Virus record (IMG/VR): IMGVR_UViG_3300024344_000113
Location: 1 to 25,755 of that record
Reading direction: 5' to 3' (one strand)
Source of the DNA: a virus
Lineage: Duplodnaviria > Caudoviricetes
DNA: 25,755 nucleotides
This document shows positions 24,171-25,755 of this stretch, piece by piece. Both the position numbers and the translations under genes were made by a program. The notes below the pieces were generated by a model that saw only the letters and a list, made by a program, of their open reading frames with translations, did no database searches and was not told the origin of the DNA. How positions within the stretch are numbered: position 1 is the stretch's first letter; the number at the start of each line of letters is the position of its first letter.

Positions 24171-24459
24171 AGCACCTAAAATAAGTAAAGAAACATTAGC
24201 ATTAGTAAATAAAGTTAGAGAAGTAAACAACACTCTTATGGATGGAGGGGTAACGTGTTTACGTTACTCTGAAGTAGAAGAGATGATGGATGCTTTAACT
24301 GACGTTGTAAAATTCTTTGATCTTAAACATCAAGGAGGTATCAGCGAGTGGGGAGAGAATGAAGGTGAGTATGAAAGTAAGCATTGGAGTGATTATGTAG
24401 CACCTAATGACCCAAGAGCCTACGATCCTAAAAAAGATAAGGAGAATGATGATGACTAA
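24163..24459 (+). CDS. Hypothetical protein
   Basis: 98 aa, AAGGAG RBS. Confidence 0.7.
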   Translation: MPKAPKISKETLALVNKVREVNNTLMDGGVTCLRYSEVEEMMDALTDVVKFFDLKHQGGISEWGENEGEYESKHWSDYVAPNDPRAYDPKKDKENDDD

Positions 24460-24607
24460 AGTAACAAAAGAAATGATAGAGAATTGGTTAGGTACTGATA
24501 CAGATATACCAGAACTATTGTCAGAACTAGCCAATGGAGAGTACGAACAAGAAACTTTTAGAGATGATGTCATAGGCACATGGCAAGAGGAGAATGATGA
24601 TGAGTAA
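24452..24607 (+). CDS. Small very acidic protein
   Basis: 51 aa MTKVTKEMIENWLG...ELANGEYEQETFRDDV...EENDDE; AAGGAG RBS. Confidence 0.65.
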   Translation: MTKVTKEMIENWLGTDTDIPELLSELANGEYEQETFRDDVIGTWQEENDDE

Positions 24608-24824
24608 AATATATATTAGAAAAGTTTATGAAAATAATAAATATACTATTTCTTTTGGCATAGATGAAGATGTTAAAAATTGGAAAGCTGAAGAAAAGGA
24701 GTGGATAGAGCAAGATTTTTCTGTAGCTGACGATAGTATAGAATTACTTTGTGAACTTAAAAACAATAATTTAGGTGAAGTATTGAAAAAAATTAATGAG
24801 GAGATAAGAGGAGAAAGAAGATGA
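24600..24824 (+). CDS. Small hypothetical protein
   Basis: 74 aa from ATG 24600; GAGGAG RBS. Confidence 0.65.
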   Translation: MSKIYIRKVYENNKYTISFGIDEDVKNWKAEEKEWIEQDFSVADDSIELLCELKNNNLGEVLKKINEEIRGERR

Positions 24825-24976
24825 CTAAAGAAGAATATATAGAGTTACATACGGAAAGTCTTTTAGAAGATTGGAAAGTTACTGCACAGATTGTCAGAGA
24901 AGTAGTAACCCAAGATGTAAAAGAAATGTCAGACGAAGACATGAAAGTATTAGCTAAGGAGTATGGATATGAGTAG
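24821..24976 (+). CDS. Small acidic protein, not in ORF track
   Basis: 51 aa MTKEEYIELHTESLLEDWKVTAQIVREVVTQDVKEMSDEDMKVLAKEYGYE; GAGGAG RBS; fills the gap exactly with overlaps. Confidence 0.7.
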   Translation: MTKEEYIELHTESLLEDWKVTAQIVREVVTQDVKEMSDEDMKVLAKEYGYE

Positions 24977-25151
24977 TAGAGATATAAACACCACACCAAA
25001 AATAAGAAGAACCATAGTAAGCTATCAAATCCATGTAGAATGGAATGATAGTCATAAGTTAGTAAGACTAGACCATAATATGCCAAGTGGTTTAGCACAA
25101 GACCTAGACGATTGGTTTATAGATATAGAAAGAGAGGAGAATGCAAAATGA
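24969..25151 (+). CDS. Small hypothetical protein
   Basis: 60 aa from ATG 24969; AAGGAG RBS. Confidence 0.65.
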   Translation: MSSRDINTTPKIRRTIVSYQIHVEWNDSHKLVRLDHNMPSGLAQDLDDWFIDIEREENAK

Positions 25152-25672
25152 ACATATTTGTATTAGACGAATGTCCTATACGTTCGGCACATATGCAATG
25201 TGATAAGCACGTTGTCAAAATGCCATTGGAAACGGCACAGATGTTATGTTCAGTATTTCATAGGCATGGACAAGGACACTTAGTACCTTACAAAGAAGTA
25301 CATAAAAACCACCCCTGCACTTTATGGGCGGGGGATAGTGCTGATAATTTTAGTTGGTTAGTACAACATGGTATGGAGTTATGTTTTGAGTACACTAGGA
25401 GATATAACAAGATACATAAATCTCAGCAGGTTATTATGGATTTAAGAGAAACCGATTGGGGTACATTGCAATATAAACCTATGGAAATGACACCACACCC
25501 ACAAGCTATGCCAGATGTATATAAGTCTACTAAGCTACGTATTCATAACAATACTGTAAGGGCATATAGACAATATTATGTAAATGATAAGAAAGATATA
25601 GCCAAGTGGGAGAGAGGCAGACCTATGCCAGATTGGTACACTAACAAAATATATAAGATGGAGAATGTATAA
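25148..25672 (+). CDS. Pyrimidine-dimer DNA glycosylase / endonuclease V-like family protein
   Basis: MNIFVLD..P..SA...CDKHVVKMPLETAQML...HKNHPCTLW...WL..HG.ELC.EYT.RY.K.H...PQAMPD.YK...AYR.YY motifs; GAGGAG RBS. Confidence 0.75.
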   Translation: MNIFVLDECPIRSAHMQCDKHVVKMPLETAQMLCSVFHRHGQGHLVPYKEVHKNHPCTLWAGDSADNFSWLVQHGMELCFEYTRRYNKIHKSQQVIMDLRETDWGTLQYKPMEMTPHPQAMPDVYKSTKLRIHNNTVRAYRQYYVNDKKDIAKWERGRPMPDWYTNKIYKMENV

Positions 25673-25755
25673 TGAAAACGGATAAATATTATATAGATGC
25701 TTCTAGTTTTTTAGAAGTAACAAGTGAACTTGCCGATTATATAATGCAAGAAAAA
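25672..25755 (+). CDS. Partial hypothetical protein (runs off window)
   Basis: TAATG overlap, GGAG RBS, open frame MKTDKYYIDASSFLEVTSELADYIMQEK. Confidence 0.55.
   Translation, partial: MKTDKYYIDASSFLEVTSELADYIMQEK

Noticed and set aside
1-25755. tRNA, rRNA, integrase/att sites, introns/inteins, alternative genetic code
   Set aside because: No cloverleaf or rRNA-like sequence recognised; terL, portal and MCP are uninterrupted, of normal size, and read with the standard code.

Overview
Fragment of a low-GC tailed dsDNA bacteriophage genome. It resembles uncultured marine (uvMED-type) phages; an alphaproteobacterial host is an inference only. Positions 1-19552 (minus strand) are a contiguous packaging/morphogenesis operon: terL, two holin-like membrane proteins, portal, a cluster of small basic proteins, GroES co-chaperonin, scaffold, Mu gpT-like major capsid protein, head-tail adaptors and tail/fibre proteins. 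terS and a PD-(D/E)xK nuclease (22022-23084) are separated from terL by a ~2.5 kb accessory block. That block has CCCGA-repeat arrays including an exact 31-bp direct repeat, repeated promoters and leaders, a Cys-rich Gp88-like gene and a perfect bacterial parS palindrome (TGTTTCACGTGAAACA). After a repeat-rich divergent intergenic region, a plus-strand early cluster encodes small acidic proteins and a pyrimidine-dimer glycosylase-like protein. The most notable observations are: a Rhodococcus VapA/VapB-like gene inserted right after the portal; the orphan parS site; the repeat-delimited cassette architecture between terS and terL; a pseudoknotted RNA downstream of the capsid gene; a shared C-terminal tag and di-glycine motifs in small head-module proteins; and an apparently leaderless terL promoter. 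All family assignments are by motif recognition from memory; no searches were run.
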